The translations under genes were made by a program, and so were the position numbers. The notes under the pieces were generated by a model. The model had not been told where the DNA came from, made no database searches, and worked only from the letters and a program-made list of their open reading frames with translations. A stretch of DNA of 64,000 nucleotides, taken from the IMG/VR virus record IMGVR_UViG_3300028177_000001, positions 62,001 to 126,000 of that record; one strand, written 5' to 3'. Within the stretch, counting starts at the first letter, position 1, and each line of letters starts with the position of its first letter. Below, in pieces: positions 27,818-38,266 of the stretch.

Positions 27818-29527
27818 CTACCCGAACCTGCCGTCGCCTTCTTCCACCTTGGGGGCGTAGTCCAAGCCGAGTGCCTCGGCAATCTTCTCGTTTGCGTTGG
27901 TAGCTTCGGCCAGAGCGCGGCCAGCTTCGCCGTAGATGCCTCGCAGGACCTCGTTGAAGGTCGGGTCGCTGACCGTGAACAGGTCCCTCTCGATCTTCTC
28001 CCGAACCGCGACCGGGTCAAGGTTGAGGAGCTCAAGGATTGTGTCCACGTCCAGGGATCCCTTCGTGTACAGGTTGTACAGAGCGTCGAAGGTGTCGCGG
28101 TTGTCCCGCAGGGCCAGGCGGGTGAACGTGAGTGTGGGGACCACGACCACGTCTTCGCCGTCAGCGTCTGTTTCTACGAAGCCCATTCGGGAGCACATCG
28201 GCTTGAAGATGTGTTCTTCGACGAAGTCCTGTAGCTGCTCTCGGAGGAGCATGTACCGGGTGTTGATGACCTCCAGGTTGATTCGGTCACCCGAGTATGC
28301 GCTCTCCCCGGAGAGGAGCCCCTCGGTCACACCCAGCCCTGCGTAGAGCTGGCGGTCCGTCAGGTCGTACTCGCTGCTCAGATCCAGAAGTCTCTGGTCC
28401 GCTCCCATCTCTTCCCAGGTGACCTGGAAGTTGGCAATGATGGAGTAGTCCGGATCCATCAGAGCCTGGTCGACCTGCTCCCGCAACGCCTCCACGTCCG
28501 CGACACTAATGTCCTCGCCGTACACGATCCGAATCGGGGTCATGTGGCGGGAAGCGATACTCGTCTGTGCCTGGCGCAGCTTGTCCCTGTACACCAGGGC
28601 GCGCATGCACCGTTCCAGGATGGAGCGGCCCCGAGGTTCGTAGTCGGACTTCCGGTTCGCCATGTAGTGGACGAACGACCCCGCCATGGGGTCTGTGTTG
28701 AGGGGGATGTTCCCCCCGGCCATCACAGCAGCCACCACATCCGCTGGCATCGACTTGACGACCCGCTGGGCCTGCTCATCCCCCTGTCTGGCCTGGTCGA
28801 TGACGCGCTTGGTCTTGGAGTCCGGGATCAGCTCGACAATCTTCTCATCGGTGAAGTTGAAGCTCTCCATCCGGATCTGTTCAGGGGGAAGACACCGGAT
28901 GGATGTCCAGCCCTTGTAGTTCTTCTTCAGCCACTTGGCAGCCTTCTCGTCCGCGTCTTCGACCTCAACCTGCTCCTCAATAGCGAGCCCGTCCTCGGTG
29001 AGGGTGCGGCGTGTCTCGTACCTGACTTCATCCGGCATCTCCGGATTGTCGTCCTCGCACCAGATGAATGCCTCACCGATGAGGTTCCTCTCGTGAACGA
29101 TGGAGATGAGTCTCTGGAGGAGGCCGACCTTGCGTGCCCACTTGGTGCAGAACTTTGCAGCCGCCTCGGCCAGATCTCGATTTGCCGCCTTGGGTGTTCC
29201 GATGCGGACCTTGCTAAGGGGCAGTTCCGTGTGGAGGTCGATCGCCTGACCGACGAAGGGCTCGCTCCGATAGAAGAACCTGTAGTAGTTCCACTGTTCG
29301 TGAAGACTCTGGGGGAGCTCGAGGAAGTCGGTTGAGAGCTCGGGGCTGTAGAAGTTGCCGCCCGCGCCCTGCATGGTGCCCGCGCCGCCCAGACCTCCTG
29401 CCGTGGCGATGCGAGAACGCATCGAACCTGTGACCACACGACGCGGCTTCCCCGTCTTGGCCTTCTGTTTGCCGTCTCCGTTCTTGAACGTGGCTACAGA
29501 AGTCCCGCCGGCATCCTGTTCACTCAT
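27818..29527 (-). CDS. Portal protein
   Basis: 569 aa, downstream of terminase. YRFFYRSEPFVGQAIDLH, PRGRSIL..LR.AQ and LYAGLGV pattern. Confidence 0.8.
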   Translation of the reverse strand: MSEQDAGGTSVATFKNGDGKQKAKTGKPRRVVTGSMRSRIATAGGLGGAGTMQGAGGNFYSPELSTDFLELPQSLHEQWNYYRFFYRSEPFVGQAIDLHTELPLSKVRIGTPKAANRDLAEAAAKFCTKWARKVGLLQRLISIVHERNLIGEAFIWCEDDNPEMPDEVRYETRRTLTEDGLAIEEQVEVEDADEKAAKWLKKNYKGWTSIRCLPPEQIRMESFNFTDEKIVELIPDSKTKRVIDQARQGDEQAQRVVKSMPADVVAAVMAGGNIPLNTDPMAGSFVHYMANRKSDYEPRGRSILERCMRALVYRDKLRQAQTSIASRHMTPIRIVYGEDISVADVEALREQVDQALMDPDYSIIANFQVTWEEMGADQRLLDLSSEYDLTDRQLYAGLGVTEGLLSGESAYSGDRINLEVINTRYMLLREQLQDFVEEHIFKPMCSRMGFVETDADGEDVVVVPTLTFTRLALRDNRDTFDALYNLYTKGSLDVDTILELLNLDPVAVREKIERDLFTVSDPTFNEVLRGIYGEAGRALAEATNANEKIAEALGLDYAPKVEEGDGRFG

Positions 29528-29867
29528 GGATATCTACCTCTCCAGCCCGCTCTTGTTGTCGCTGCGCATTGTACTCCAGCAACCTCTTCTCTTCTCTTGC
29601 AACACGGGCCAGACGGTTGCGCTCTTCCTCCGACATAGAATCCGGATCACCGGCGCTGTAGCGCGGCGCCATCGTAGAGATGTCCTGGAGGAACCCCAGT
29701 GCTCGGCCCAGGTCCCTTTCAGTCCGACGAGCTCGCACTCCGAAGGAAGGGCGACCCTGGCGAGCGACCGCGATCGCTGACTCCAACTCCCGCTCTGCAC
29801 GATCGAGATGCTCAGCGATCTGACGGTCGCTGTCTGAGGGAGCTGTGCTGGCGCGGAGTCTACTCAA
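29520..29867 (-). CDS. Hypothetical protein
   Basis: Coupled ORF overlapping the portal start. Confidence 0.5.
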   Translation of the reverse strand: MSRLRASTAPSDSDRQIAEHLDRAERELESAIAVARQGRPSFGVRARRTERDLGRALGFLQDISTMAPRYSAGDPDSMSEEERNRLARVAREEKRLLEYNAQRQQERAGEVDIHE

Positions 29868-29877
29868 TGACCATCTC

Positions 29878-30447
29878 TCAGTACTTCATGTCCATAGCCA
29901 GACGATCCCCGTTCCCGGAGGAAGGGATCGCTGACACTATACCGACCACGATGGGAGTAGTTACCCCAGCTGTTGACAACTCTCCGTCAGAATCGTTGCA
30001 CAGGAGCCCGTTTTCACTCACCTTGAGACTCTCGCCCAGGGTGTAGGTGATAGCGCCCCCTGTCCGAGCACCCCCAGAAAGAGCGACTGTCTCGTAGACC
30101 TTGAAGAAAGCTCGGGTGCCTCCGTTCACCATGGTCGCGACGTTCTGGCCCCCGACCCCAGACAGAAACTGGTGCGACACCCAGTTCTCTGGAGAGCCGG
30201 GCCCAGTGCCGTTGGGGCGAATGATGCTGTAGTCCTCAGAGGCAAACAGTAGAAACCCGGCTGCGGAGTTGCCGTCGCTGACTTCCACCGTGAAGTCGCT
30301 GTCGCCGGTTGCATACATCACCCACAACCCGCCGCGCCATCCCGTTGAGCGAAGGGTAGCCCCAGCCACCACGGGGAACCTGTCGCCTGGGAAGAAGAGC
30401 TCCACATCCCCGGCGTCTTGAATCGATGAGTTCTGGATGTGGGCCAC
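29878..30447 (-). CDS. Decoration-protein paralog
   Basis: YET...ITYTLGESLKVSENGLL..VGIV resembles FET...LTYTTGMPLGASDNGYL..LGLL of 6374..7048. Confidence 0.55.
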   Translation of the reverse strand: MAHIQNSSIQDAGDVELFFPGDRFPVVAGATLRSTGWRGGLWVMYATGDSDFTVEVSDGNSAAGFLLFASEDYSIIRPNGTGPGSPENWVSHQFLSGVGGQNVATMVNGGTRAFFKVYETVALSGGARTGGAITYTLGESLKVSENGLLCNDSDGELSTAGVTTPIVVGIVSAIPSSGNGDRLAMDMKY

Positions 30448-30450
30448 TGA

Positions 30451-32394
30451 CTACCTCTTGCGCCCGGTCGAGCCCGGAAAGATTTGCCGAGAGGGATGGC
30501 TTCCGCCGTTCCCCCGAGCAGTAGGCTGCCTTCCGAAGCGGGAATAGCCAGGGGACCCGCCCTGAGACCTATGACCTGTGACTGCATGGGTCTTCATACC
30601 ATTCTGCGTGGCGCACCACACCATCCGGACCACTGCGTCCGAGAGGTCGTCGTGCTTCCCAGCCATGTCTGGGGCTTCCACCTTGATGATATACTTGCTG
30701 ATGTACTCAGCCTGAAGCTCCAGGAGCTCCGCGATAAGATCTCCGTGTTCTCCGTCTATGGGGTCGGCGGGGAGAGGCCAGTCGTAGAGGACCAGCTTCC
30801 GATCCATCATGAGGTTCTTGAAGTTCTGGAACATCCGGCTTGACAGCTGCCGGGTGTGGTGTACCGAAAGAAGCTGCGCCAGACCCTTCCGCTTTAGGGA
30901 CTGCTCCATGGGGATACCAGCCCACTGGTCGAAGATCCCCTCTTCAATGTAGAAACGGCGGGACCAGGCGCGAACCCAGTCGGCTACATCTTCGAACTCC
31001 AGACGCTCGAGCCCGATGTAGTCCCCCTCCCCGGCTCGAATGCGCTCGTACGCATCCAGAACCACTCGGCCTTCCGTGTCGTTGTGCCCGATCGCCAGAG
31101 CGCTGTAGTCCCCTACCAGGGCGACGTCCAGACCCATGAAGTGGGGCATGCGCGGCGCTGCGCGAGTCTTCGGTCGGAGGTTCGCATCAATACAGGCCAG
31201 CAAGTCCTCAGGAGACTCAAGCCAGCCTCGTGTACGGTCCGTGAACTCGGCCCCGAACTCCGTGAAGAAGACAGCGGGATCCTTGAGGTAAGACCCCACA
31301 AAGGTCTCGGCCGGGACCGTAGGGTTGACCTCCCAGGTAGGAGCCTGGATACAGAGCAGATTGTCCGCAGCCTGGTTATCACCGAAGCCCAGCAGGTACT
31401 GCTTGTAGAACAACCCCTGCTTGCCGAGAGGCGACGAGATCAGGATGATCCGCCCCTCATTCGGCATGTGCTTGCCGTCTGGTCCTCTCAGGACACGGGT
31501 CTTGTCCCGGGGGTCCTTCGGAGAGAAGGTCCGGGTGGAGGGCTCAACAGCCTGGTAGACCTCGTCAGCGGACGCCTGCCCCTTCTCACCGAAGTGAGCG
31601 GCCTCATCCAGGGCGACGAGGATGTTGTTGCCTCCTCGAAGCCCCTTGGCCACACAGGACTTGAACGTGACCTTGACCGAGTAGCGAGCCTTCGGGTTGT
31701 CCCTGTAGCTCCCGTATCGGTCGATGTCGTGCGGGGTCTGGAAGGTCGCGAAGCTCTGGGTTGCGTTCGCTGTGTACGCCTTGTAGAAGTCGCACTTTTG
31801 AAAGTGCCCCGAGGCTTCCTGGTATAGAAGCCCTGCCTGATCCCTGTCGGTGGCAACAGAGATCAGCTGGATGACGTTGGAGGCCGACACTCCGTAGTAG
31901 TGCTGCGCGTTCCCCTTGAGCAACAGCTTGTAGGTCTCGTAGGCAACGATGCAAGAGGTGATGAGGGTCTTGCCAGAACGTCGACCGACCGACAGCACCA
32001 TCTCCCGGCGTTCTTTGCCCGGGATGACCTCGCGGATGTTACACCGCTTGTTGTCGTACAGATACCGCAGGTATCCGGCCTCTGTGAGGTACTGGTCCTT
32101 CTCCCTACGCCAGTCCGTAGTATGGACCCGGAACTTGTAGAACCCATCGAGGTCCGTGAGCTCAATGTCGTAGTTCGGATGGCTCTTCGGGATCGGAACA
32201 TCGAGCGGGAACCCGTGCGGGTTGTCGTCCAGCTCCATTCCGTAGTGAGCCTTCAGAATCACCCGCTGCACTGGGTACAGCCGTAGACCCAGACCCCAGT
32301 CCGACTCTACGAAGGTGATGATGTCCGCGATGTCGGACACCTGCTCGTCGGCCGACCGGCGTCCGACGGCTGCTGCGAGCTCTGCCAGACTCAC
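30451..32394 (-). CDS. terL: Terminase large subunit
   Basis: Walker A VGRRSGKT, Walker B LVALDEAAHF, coupling motif ISSP, nuclease GLDVA..HDDLSDA. Confidence 0.92.
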   Translation of the reverse strand: MSLAELAAAVGRRSADEQVSDIADIITFVESDWGLGLRLYPVQRVILKAHYGMELDDNPHGFPLDVPIPKSHPNYDIELTDLDGFYKFRVHTTDWRREKDQYLTEAGYLRYLYDNKRCNIREVIPGKERREMVLSVGRRSGKTLITSCIVAYETYKLLLKGNAQHYYGVSASNVIQLISVATDRDQAGLLYQEASGHFQKCDFYKAYTANATQSFATFQTPHDIDRYGSYRDNPKARYSVKVTFKSCVAKGLRGGNNILVALDEAAHFGEKGQASADEVYQAVEPSTRTFSPKDPRDKTRVLRGPDGKHMPNEGRIILISSPLGKQGLFYKQYLLGFGDNQAADNLLCIQAPTWEVNPTVPAETFVGSYLKDPAVFFTEFGAEFTDRTRGWLESPEDLLACIDANLRPKTRAAPRMPHFMGLDVALVGDYSALAIGHNDTEGRVVLDAYERIRAGEGDYIGLERLEFEDVADWVRAWSRRFYIEEGIFDQWAGIPMEQSLKRKGLAQLLSVHHTRQLSSRMFQNFKNLMMDRKLVLYDWPLPADPIDGEHGDLIAELLELQAEYISKYIIKVEAPDMAGKHDDLSDAVVRMVWCATQNGMKTHAVTGHRSQGGSPGYSRFGRQPTARGNGGSHPSRQIFPGSTGRKR

Positions 32395-33089
32395 TTCATC
32401 TTCTCCCGCATACGGGCTCGAGCCTCTTCCTTCCAGTCGTCGTCGAGGTTGCCCACCAGGTGTGTGAAGGTCTGCTCGATCTGCTCAGCCCGACAGCCAC
32501 TGTGCTTCATGGCTTCCTTGAAGGTCTCGAGCTGGTACTGGAAGAGGACCTGGAAGGGTCCGGCGTCCAGGTCAATCATGCCGCCCGCACCGACCTGCTT
32601 CCTCTTGATGAGTGTGTCGGCCAGGGCCTTTAGGATTCGTGCTCGCTTTGAGGCCAGGTTGGCAGCGTCTTCTCCGCGCCCGTGACGCTGGGCCTCCATG
32701 CGCTCGAACTCGATGTGGCTCGCTTCTTCGGAGAGACCAACCAGGACGAGGTCCAGAACACTATCGCTGCCTGTGTTCTTCCGGGCGTCTCGCATCAACG
32801 GACTGCCGTCGATGTGGTCTTCCCGCGCCTGGGCTACCTCAGCAATCTGGGGTGTCACCGGCTGCAGCTGGTTCTTGGGGCGGCGTCCCGGCTTTCCCCG
32901 CATGACTACGGGAATCCCCTCAAGGGAAAGCGCGATCTCGTCGTTGACAACGTCGACGTCGTCAGGACGCTTGTACTGCTGAGCTCCTTGCTCGTTGATT
33001 ACCGAAACCCGGACTGTTCCTTCCGGCAGGTTGTCCAGGATGTACTTGCGATCTTCCTGGGTCTGTGGGGCCTTGGTCTTTGGAGGCAT
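32391..33089 (-). CDS. Possible terminase small subunit
   Basis: Helical 232-aa ORF overlapping the terL start. Called from position only. Confidence 0.4.
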   Translation of the reverse strand: MPPKTKAPQTQEDRKYILDNLPEGTVRVSVINEQGAQQYKRPDDVDVVNDEIALSLEGIPVVMRGKPGRRPKNQLQPVTPQIAEVAQAREDHIDGSPLMRDARKNTGSDSVLDLVLVGLSEEASHIEFERMEAQRHGRGEDAANLASKRARILKALADTLIKRKQVGAGGMIDLDAGPFQVLFQYQLETFKEAMKHSGCRAEQIEQTFTHLVGNLDDDWKEEARARMREKMK

Positions 33090-33101
33090 CTGAACTCCCT
33101 A

Positions 33102-34001
33102 CTACACAGAGACAATCGGGCCGAGAGCAGGCTCTGCTCCGGACATAGACCCGTTGTCAGGACTGAGGGTGAACACGTAGGGGGAACTCCCGCCCGCACG
33201 GAAGAGGGCGTAGTTGCCCTCTGGACCCACAGGGCCGGTGACCGTGACCACGTCGTCCACTGAGGTCGCGCTGTACCCGGGAAAGCTGATGGCTGCCGCG
33301 AGGTTGGTGGCTGTACCGTCCACGCTGCCGTCGAACGTCGCACCACTGACAGTGATGTCCCCCGCATCCGAAGTAGTCAGGGTCACCGCGTCGCCAGGTC
33401 CCCCCAGACTCACCGCAGTCAGAGTGATTGCTCCTCCTCCGGCATCTGAGGCTGTCGCGATCGCGGCAAAGCTGTTCGCGGCATCGTTGATGGCGGCTAC
33501 GATGTCCGCAGCGATCAACGCGGCGGAACCCAGGGTGCCGTCGTAGTCGTCGCTTCCCGGAGTGCGAGCTCCGCCTGCGTCGGTGAGAGCAGTGCCTCCG
33601 ACAGTCAGAGTGGCTGTGGAAGGGAATGCGACCACAGTCGCGGTCGCTGTTGCCTGAACGACTGCGAAGTCCTCACCAGATGTCAGGACATAGTTTCCGA
33701 GGAGAACCGTGGTGGGTCCCGCAAGGGCTGCTGTTCCGACGGTGATGGTACCTGTTGCGTTCACGGGCAGGGTGTCCGTAGTGTACTGCACATGCCCCAA
33801 ACGGGTGGCAGTGCCTGGGGTCGTTCCCTGGTCCACACCCTTCGGCCCACGACCCGGAACCTCCACGAAGTGCTGCATGGTCATGGCCGTGCGCACCTTC
33901 ACCGGGTTCCCCGCAGTCCCCTTGGAAGGGTCGCTGCCCCCCCGGATGTGGGCCACCAGGACAGTGAATGGCTTCTGGGCACCTGTGAGCTTCTTGGACA
34001 T
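33102..34001 (-). CDS. Virion structural protein with nested A/G/T-rich domains
   Basis: Shares the TLT.GG..LT...RT.GS..IAA.I.AAINDA domain with 26209..27768. Confidence 0.6.
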   Translation of the reverse strand: MSKKLTGAQKPFTVLVAHIRGGSDPSKGTAGNPVKVRTAMTMQHFVEVPGRGPKGVDQGTTPGTATRLGHVQYTTDTLPVNATGTITVGTAALAGPTTVLLGNYVLTSGEDFAVVQATATATVVAFPSTATLTVGGTALTDAGGARTPGSDDYDGTLGSAALIAADIVAAINDAANSFAAIATASDAGGGAITLTAVSLGGPGDAVTLTTSDAGDITVSGATFDGSVDGTATNLAAAISFPGYSATSVDDVVTVTGPVGPEGNYALFRAGGSSPYVFTLSPDNGSMSGAEPALGPIVSV

Positions 34002-34025
34002 AGTATCCTCTACCCGGAGGGGAGG

Positions 34026-34040
34026 ATAGGCTCTGTACCG
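34026..34040 (-). promoter_or_regulatory. Putative late promoter
   Basis: cggt acagagcc tat upstream of the terminase-portal operon. Confidence 0.65.
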
Positions 34041-35042
34041 CTACCTCTTAAAGAGGGCAGCGTCGGCGCGTCCCCCGGTCTGGTACAGCTTGTGTCGGAT
34101 CGCCTTCAGCTGCTTGTCGGAGAGGCCCTTGCCCGCCTTCAGATCACTCAAGAAGCTCTCGAACATCCGGTTCTGAGTCTTAGCTACGAGGCGCTCCAAG
34201 ATGGGGACCATCTTCTGGATTTCCCCGCGATCGAATTGGAACCGATCCACAGGCCCCGCAGGCGAGGGCTTGGGTGCCGAGACAGGCGTAGGGGCTGAAA
34301 CCCTTGGGCCAATCACGAGGTCGTTGCCCCTGCCAGGGGTGAGGCCGAAGTGCTTTTCGATCTTGGCCTGGTCGGCAGGTCGCAACTTGCTCCCGTCAAC
34401 TGTCACCCCAGAGAAGGTGATCTTGAGGGGCGGGTCATCCGGCATGTCGGCCAGCTTTCGCTTGTACTTGTTCTCCAGGCTCTCAACCCACCGAAGCTGT
34501 CCGGCAGTCATGGAAGTCGAATTCGACTTCTCTCGGAGGAACTTCTTGGACTTGGTCTCCCGGGTCGTCTCCAAAACCAGGAGCAGCCTGCGGATACGCT
34601 TCTGGAGATCAGGGACAGTGTTCCGAGGCTTCCTGGGAGAGTAGCTCCGCTCTTGGGGAGCCTGCATCACGATACGGGTCTTGTTGCGCCCGCCGTAAGT
34701 GCCCTCACCCCACCCTCTGACCGGCCAGGAATTGCCCTCGTCGTCATGGGCCACCCCGTTCTCGTCCACGTACACTTCACTCGCCATCTTCTGGGCGTAT
34801 CGGGCGGCGAGCCGCTCAGGGGAAGTCCTCTTGAACGAGAGCAAACGGTGTGCCGTCTCTGCTCGAGACTTCACCCGCTGGCTAGTGGCCCGGTCGTTGT
34901 GGATCATGGTAACGAGAGCGACTGTCGTGTCCTCTCCCACCTGAGCGTCAATTCGCTCGGCCAGTCCTGTCAACTTGCGAAACTCACCGCTCTCGAGAAA
35001 GGCCAGGACCTCGTCGTAGAACTTCTGGTATCGGCTGTGCAT
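34041..35042 (-). CDS. Hypothetical basic protein (tagged cargo candidate)
   Basis: SPERLAARY tag. Confidence 0.6.
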   Translation of the reverse strand: MHSRYQKFYDEVLAFLESGEFRKLTGLAERIDAQVGEDTTVALVTMIHNDRATSQRVKSRAETAHRLLSFKRTSPERLAARYAQKMASEVYVDENGVAHDDEGNSWPVRGWGEGTYGGRNKTRIVMQAPQERSYSPRKPRNTVPDLQKRIRRLLLVLETTRETKSKKFLREKSNSTSMTAGQLRWVESLENKYKRKLADMPDDPPLKITFSGVTVDGSKLRPADQAKIEKHFGLTPGRGNDLVIGPRVSAPTPVSAPKPSPAGPVDRFQFDRGEIQKMVPILERLVAKTQNRMFESFLSDLKAGKGLSDKQLKAIRHKLYQTGGRADAALFKR

Positions 35043-35049
35043 CAGATCC

Positions 35050-36000
35050 TCAAGTCAGGTAGGTCAGAACTTCGTACTTGTCGTTCCCGAGCTTCGTGTA
35101 CGACAGGTGCAACATCGAGTTGGAGATGCTCAGGGGAGAGAACGGATCGTCCGAGTTGCTGAAGGCCAGGTCGATGTTCAAGGTCCCGGCGTCCAGGCGG
35201 AACAGGTGGGAATTCACCACCTCGTCAAGCTCGATGCCTTCCTGACCCAGGATGTCGAGAGCCAGGACATAGCCGTCTTCGGCTCGGCGAAAGCGAGCGT
35301 TGCCGCCGAGGCCTCGGCGGTCCAGTTGCCCGTTGATGATGGACCTGGTTCTCTGATCGAGTCTGCCCTGGGACGCTGCGTAGCGTGAGGAGACCCTATC
35401 GGGAGACGCCCGAGGAACCAGGCCCCTGGACGAGGCCATCATCTGGCGCCCCCCGGCGGAGATCTCTCGCTCCAGCATCAAGGCAGGACGCCGCACCAGG
35501 TACTGAGGCCACTTCTCGTACCACTTCTTGTAGAACTCGTCCTCGTGCACAACGCGGATGAGCTTCTCCGGGTGCGGAATGTTCGAGTCCGCGACCCACA
35601 CGTACAGACCAGGGCCGGAGCCCTGGACGATCGCCTCAGGCGGGATGTCCTCTGGGAGACCTTCAGTGACGTCGAACACACACGAGGCGTGGGACCAGTC
35701 GCGACCCTCGGGGTTCCAGGCGATCATCACCGGCTTCTTCGCGTCGGTCCAACCCTTCAGCTGGGTGACCGTTGAGGGGCACGTCAACGTGGCCCGGCAG
35801 CCGTAGTGCTGGGCCGTGGCGAGGGCCTGCTCCCAGCACGCGCCCTTGGATGGGGTCGCCCCCATCACCTTGTTGACCTCGTCCTCGTTGCAGTCATGCC
35901 CGAGAGCTCGGAGGCACATCATCATGGACGTTGCCATACAGCTGTATTGCGTCCTCTGGCGGACGGGGGTCACATCAGCGCGGGCAGTGCGGGAACTCAT
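35050..36000 (-). CDS. C39-like papain-fold peptidase fused to an unknown domain
   Basis: QRTQYSC (Q..C), WSHA and VADS catalytic pattern. An SPDRVSSRY tag separates the domains. Confidence 0.7.
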   Translation of the reverse strand: MSSRTARADVTPVRQRTQYSCMATSMMMCLRALGHDCNEDEVNKVMGATPSKGACWEQALATAQHYGCRATLTCPSTVTQLKGWTDAKKPVMIAWNPEGRDWSHASCVFDVTEGLPEDIPPEAIVQGSGPGLYVWVADSNIPHPEKLIRVVHEDEFYKKWYEKWPQYLVRRPALMLEREISAGGRQMMASSRGLVPRASPDRVSSRYAASQGRLDQRTRSIINGQLDRRGLGGNARFRRAEDGYVLALDILGQEGIELDEVVNSHLFRLDAGTLNIDLAFSNSDDPFSPLSISNSMLHLSYTKLGNDKYEVLTYLT

Positions 36001-37106
36001 GTAGCAGCCTCAAGCTCTCTCGCACGAACAGTGAACAGCTCGCCCGTCTTTACGTCAAGAACTTCGATGCGAGGGAAATCGTAGCTACCCACTTCCAGGG
36101 TGGTTCCTTCAGCAATCCATGCGGTGCGAAGCTCCTTCCTGTTGCGAAGCCCGCCTCGGTTGACCCAGTTCACCGCCTTCCGCAGCTTGACCCTCTCTCC
36201 GGGGGAGAAACCCAGGTCTTCCAGGTCCTGTTCAGAAAACCCGTAGCCCGCCCGCTTGGGTGGCTTGTACTGACTTAGGAGATCCCCCACGCCATCGATC
36301 CAGCTCTGTGCGGCCTCGGCCTCCTCCAAAGTGGCCCGGAGCACGGAAAGGGGATGGTCGCGCTTGATGTAGCGCAAGCCCTCGAGGATCTCCCGCACAA
36401 GCAGCTGGCGCTCTTCCTCATCAAAGGTCGGGGAAGTCGTTTCCGACAGTCGGGTGAGGTTCATCCCGATCTCATGGACCACGCTGTAGTAACGGTCCAC
36501 CCTCTTCAGGTGTTCGCTTGGCGTCCGGGATGTGAGAGCCATCAGACGCTCGCCCAGCATCTCCGCTTCGACTTCACGAGATCGGGCTCGCTTCTCCGAA
36601 GACCGGCGTCGGTTCTTGCGATCCAGCTCCTCGTTGGTGTACTCGAACTCGCGAGGACCCTGACCCTTGCCCATTCCCTCAAGGAAGGAGTCCACTGCGT
36701 CCTTCCGCTTGCGGAACCTCACGCCACCGGGTCCATCCAGACTGGTGTGCCACCAACCGTCCATGCCCTTCCAAAGCTCACCGAGCTTCTTGGAGCCGTC
36801 GAAGACCTCGAACTGGCCCTTCTCCTTGTGGGTGTACACCCCGTCTGAGAAGGTCTTCTGCTTGATCTTTAGGCTCGCAAGCCGAGGGTTCTTCTCTCGG
36901 GGCTCGGAACCCTGCTCCTCGCGGAACTGGTCGACGACACGCTTCATGATGTCGGTGCCCCCGGAGAGGGGCTGGTCGTAGCCGTGGTCGATCTCTACCG
37001 GGTAGATGGGCTGGCCGTCTGGGTTCCCCGTATAGGAGGCAGTGATCAACCCTTCTTCTGCGAGGATCTGGGCGACCTTGCTATTCTTCATAAGAGCCTC
37101 AGTCAT
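35997..37106 (-). CDS. Mosaic hypothetical protein (start possibly 37091)
   Basis: Coupled ORF with N-terminal KVAQILAEEGLITA. Confidence 0.6.
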   Translation of the reverse strand: MTEALMKNSKVAQILAEEGLITASYTGNPDGQPIYPVEIDHGYDQPLSGGTDIMKRVVDQFREEQGSEPREKNPRLASLKIKQKTFSDGVYTHKEKGQFEVFDGSKKLGELWKGMDGWWHTSLDGPGGVRFRKRKDAVDSFLEGMGKGQGPREFEYTNEELDRKNRRRSSEKRARSREVEAEMLGERLMALTSRTPSEHLKRVDRYYSVVHEIGMNLTRLSETTSPTFDEEERQLLVREILEGLRYIKRDHPLSVLRATLEEAEAAQSWIDGVGDLLSQYKPPKRAGYGFSEQDLEDLGFSPGERVKLRKAVNWVNRGGLRNRKELRTAWIAEGTTLEVGSYDFPRIEVLDVKTGELFTVRARELEAAT

Positions 37107-38232
37107 TGTAGACGCGGAGAGTATGGGCCTGAGGTCCGTAGAGGGTCCAGTACTGAACCTCGTATTCGCGATCCCGGGTGGCTTCTGGGTTGCGGAACGT
37201 CATCTTGCCACCCGTGGAAGGGTTCACCAACGTGGCCGGGAAGCCCCCCCGGAGCATGCTCATCTCAGCGGTGAACTGCTTCTTCCGGGCGTCATACTCG
37301 ATGCCCGTCTTCTTGCCGATCTCTATCGTGGTGGCGGCCTGCCGAATCCCGAGCTTTTTGAACGCACTACCAAGGTCTATGGCCCAGGCTTGCCGCTGGT
37401 TGGAATCATCCATGAAGGAAATCCCGACCTTCTTGGGCTGGTAGTCGCCGCTGTCGATCTCTTCGGAATGGGCGCGACCCCATCTCCGAAGGCCTGCCTT
37501 CAAGGCGTGGAGGAAGTCCTCTACGTCGCCCTCATTCGCAATCTTGAGGAGGTGGTCGATATCGGTGAAGTTGGCGCCTCTGTACTCGGGGGCTCCTTGC
37601 AATGTAATTGCGTAGGTGTCCCTCATGTTGTACACGGACCAACCGGAACGACCCCAGATATGGCGGGCAGCCGCTCCGATCACTTCGAAGAGACTGTCAG
37701 AAGCCTTCTTGGGGCGGGCGAAGCCCACGTCGTGCAGGTTGCCCTGAGACCGGTACTTGGCTCCGGCGATGGCCTTGGCAGTCTCTTCTGAGTCGGCACT
37801 CACTGTGGTGAGCTTGGTGTCGACCTTCCGCGTCCGCTTGTTGCGGACCATGACCTCGACCTCCCACTTCGAGCGAGCGGCGTACCGGGAGGCGACCCGT
37901 GCTGAAGACGCCAGAAGTCGACGCGGCTTCAGGATCTCATCGTCGAGGTCCTCTACGATGCGGCCCAGTGCACTGATTGCCCGGGAGAACGACATGAGGC
38001 CTCGGAGCCTGCGCCTCTCCTCTGAGATGTCCGCCCAGATGGACTCAGTGTAGTCTTCCTCGAGAAGCTCCTTCAACAGCATCCCAATCCGGGTGGCTGA
38101 AGCAGCGATGTCGCTGAGCCCGTCCTTCTTGAGGGTTTGACCCCAGAAAATCATCCGGCCACTCAGGTAGGTGACCCGACGTTGGTTGAGGTCCCCCGAG
38201 GACGGAGAAAGTCTTGCGAGGTGCGTTTCCAT
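37099..38232 (-). CDS. Mosaic hypothetical protein (tagged cargo candidate)
   Basis: SSARVASRY tag, preceded by the late motif. Confidence 0.6.
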   Translation of the reverse strand: METHLARLSPSSGDLNQRRVTYLSGRMIFWGQTLKKDGLSDIAASATRIGMLLKELLEEDYTESIWADISEERRRLRGLMSFSRAISALGRIVEDLDDEILKPRRLLASSARVASRYAARSKWEVEVMVRNKRTRKVDTKLTTVSADSEETAKAIAGAKYRSQGNLHDVGFARPKKASDSLFEVIGAAARHIWGRSGWSVYNMRDTYAITLQGAPEYRGANFTDIDHLLKIANEGDVEDFLHALKAGLRRWGRAHSEEIDSGDYQPKKVGISFMDDSNQRQAWAIDLGSAFKKLGIRQAATTIEIGKKTGIEYDARKKQFTAEMSMLRGGFPATLVNPSTGGKMTFRNPEATRDREYEVQYWTLYGPQAHTLRVYND

Positions 38233-38246
38233 GACCTCTACGCGGG

Positions 38247-38261
38247 ATAGTAGACCTACCG
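38247..38261 (-). promoter_or_regulatory. Putative late promoter
   Basis: cggt aggtctac tat. Confidence 0.7.
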
Positions 38262-38266
38262 AAGCC

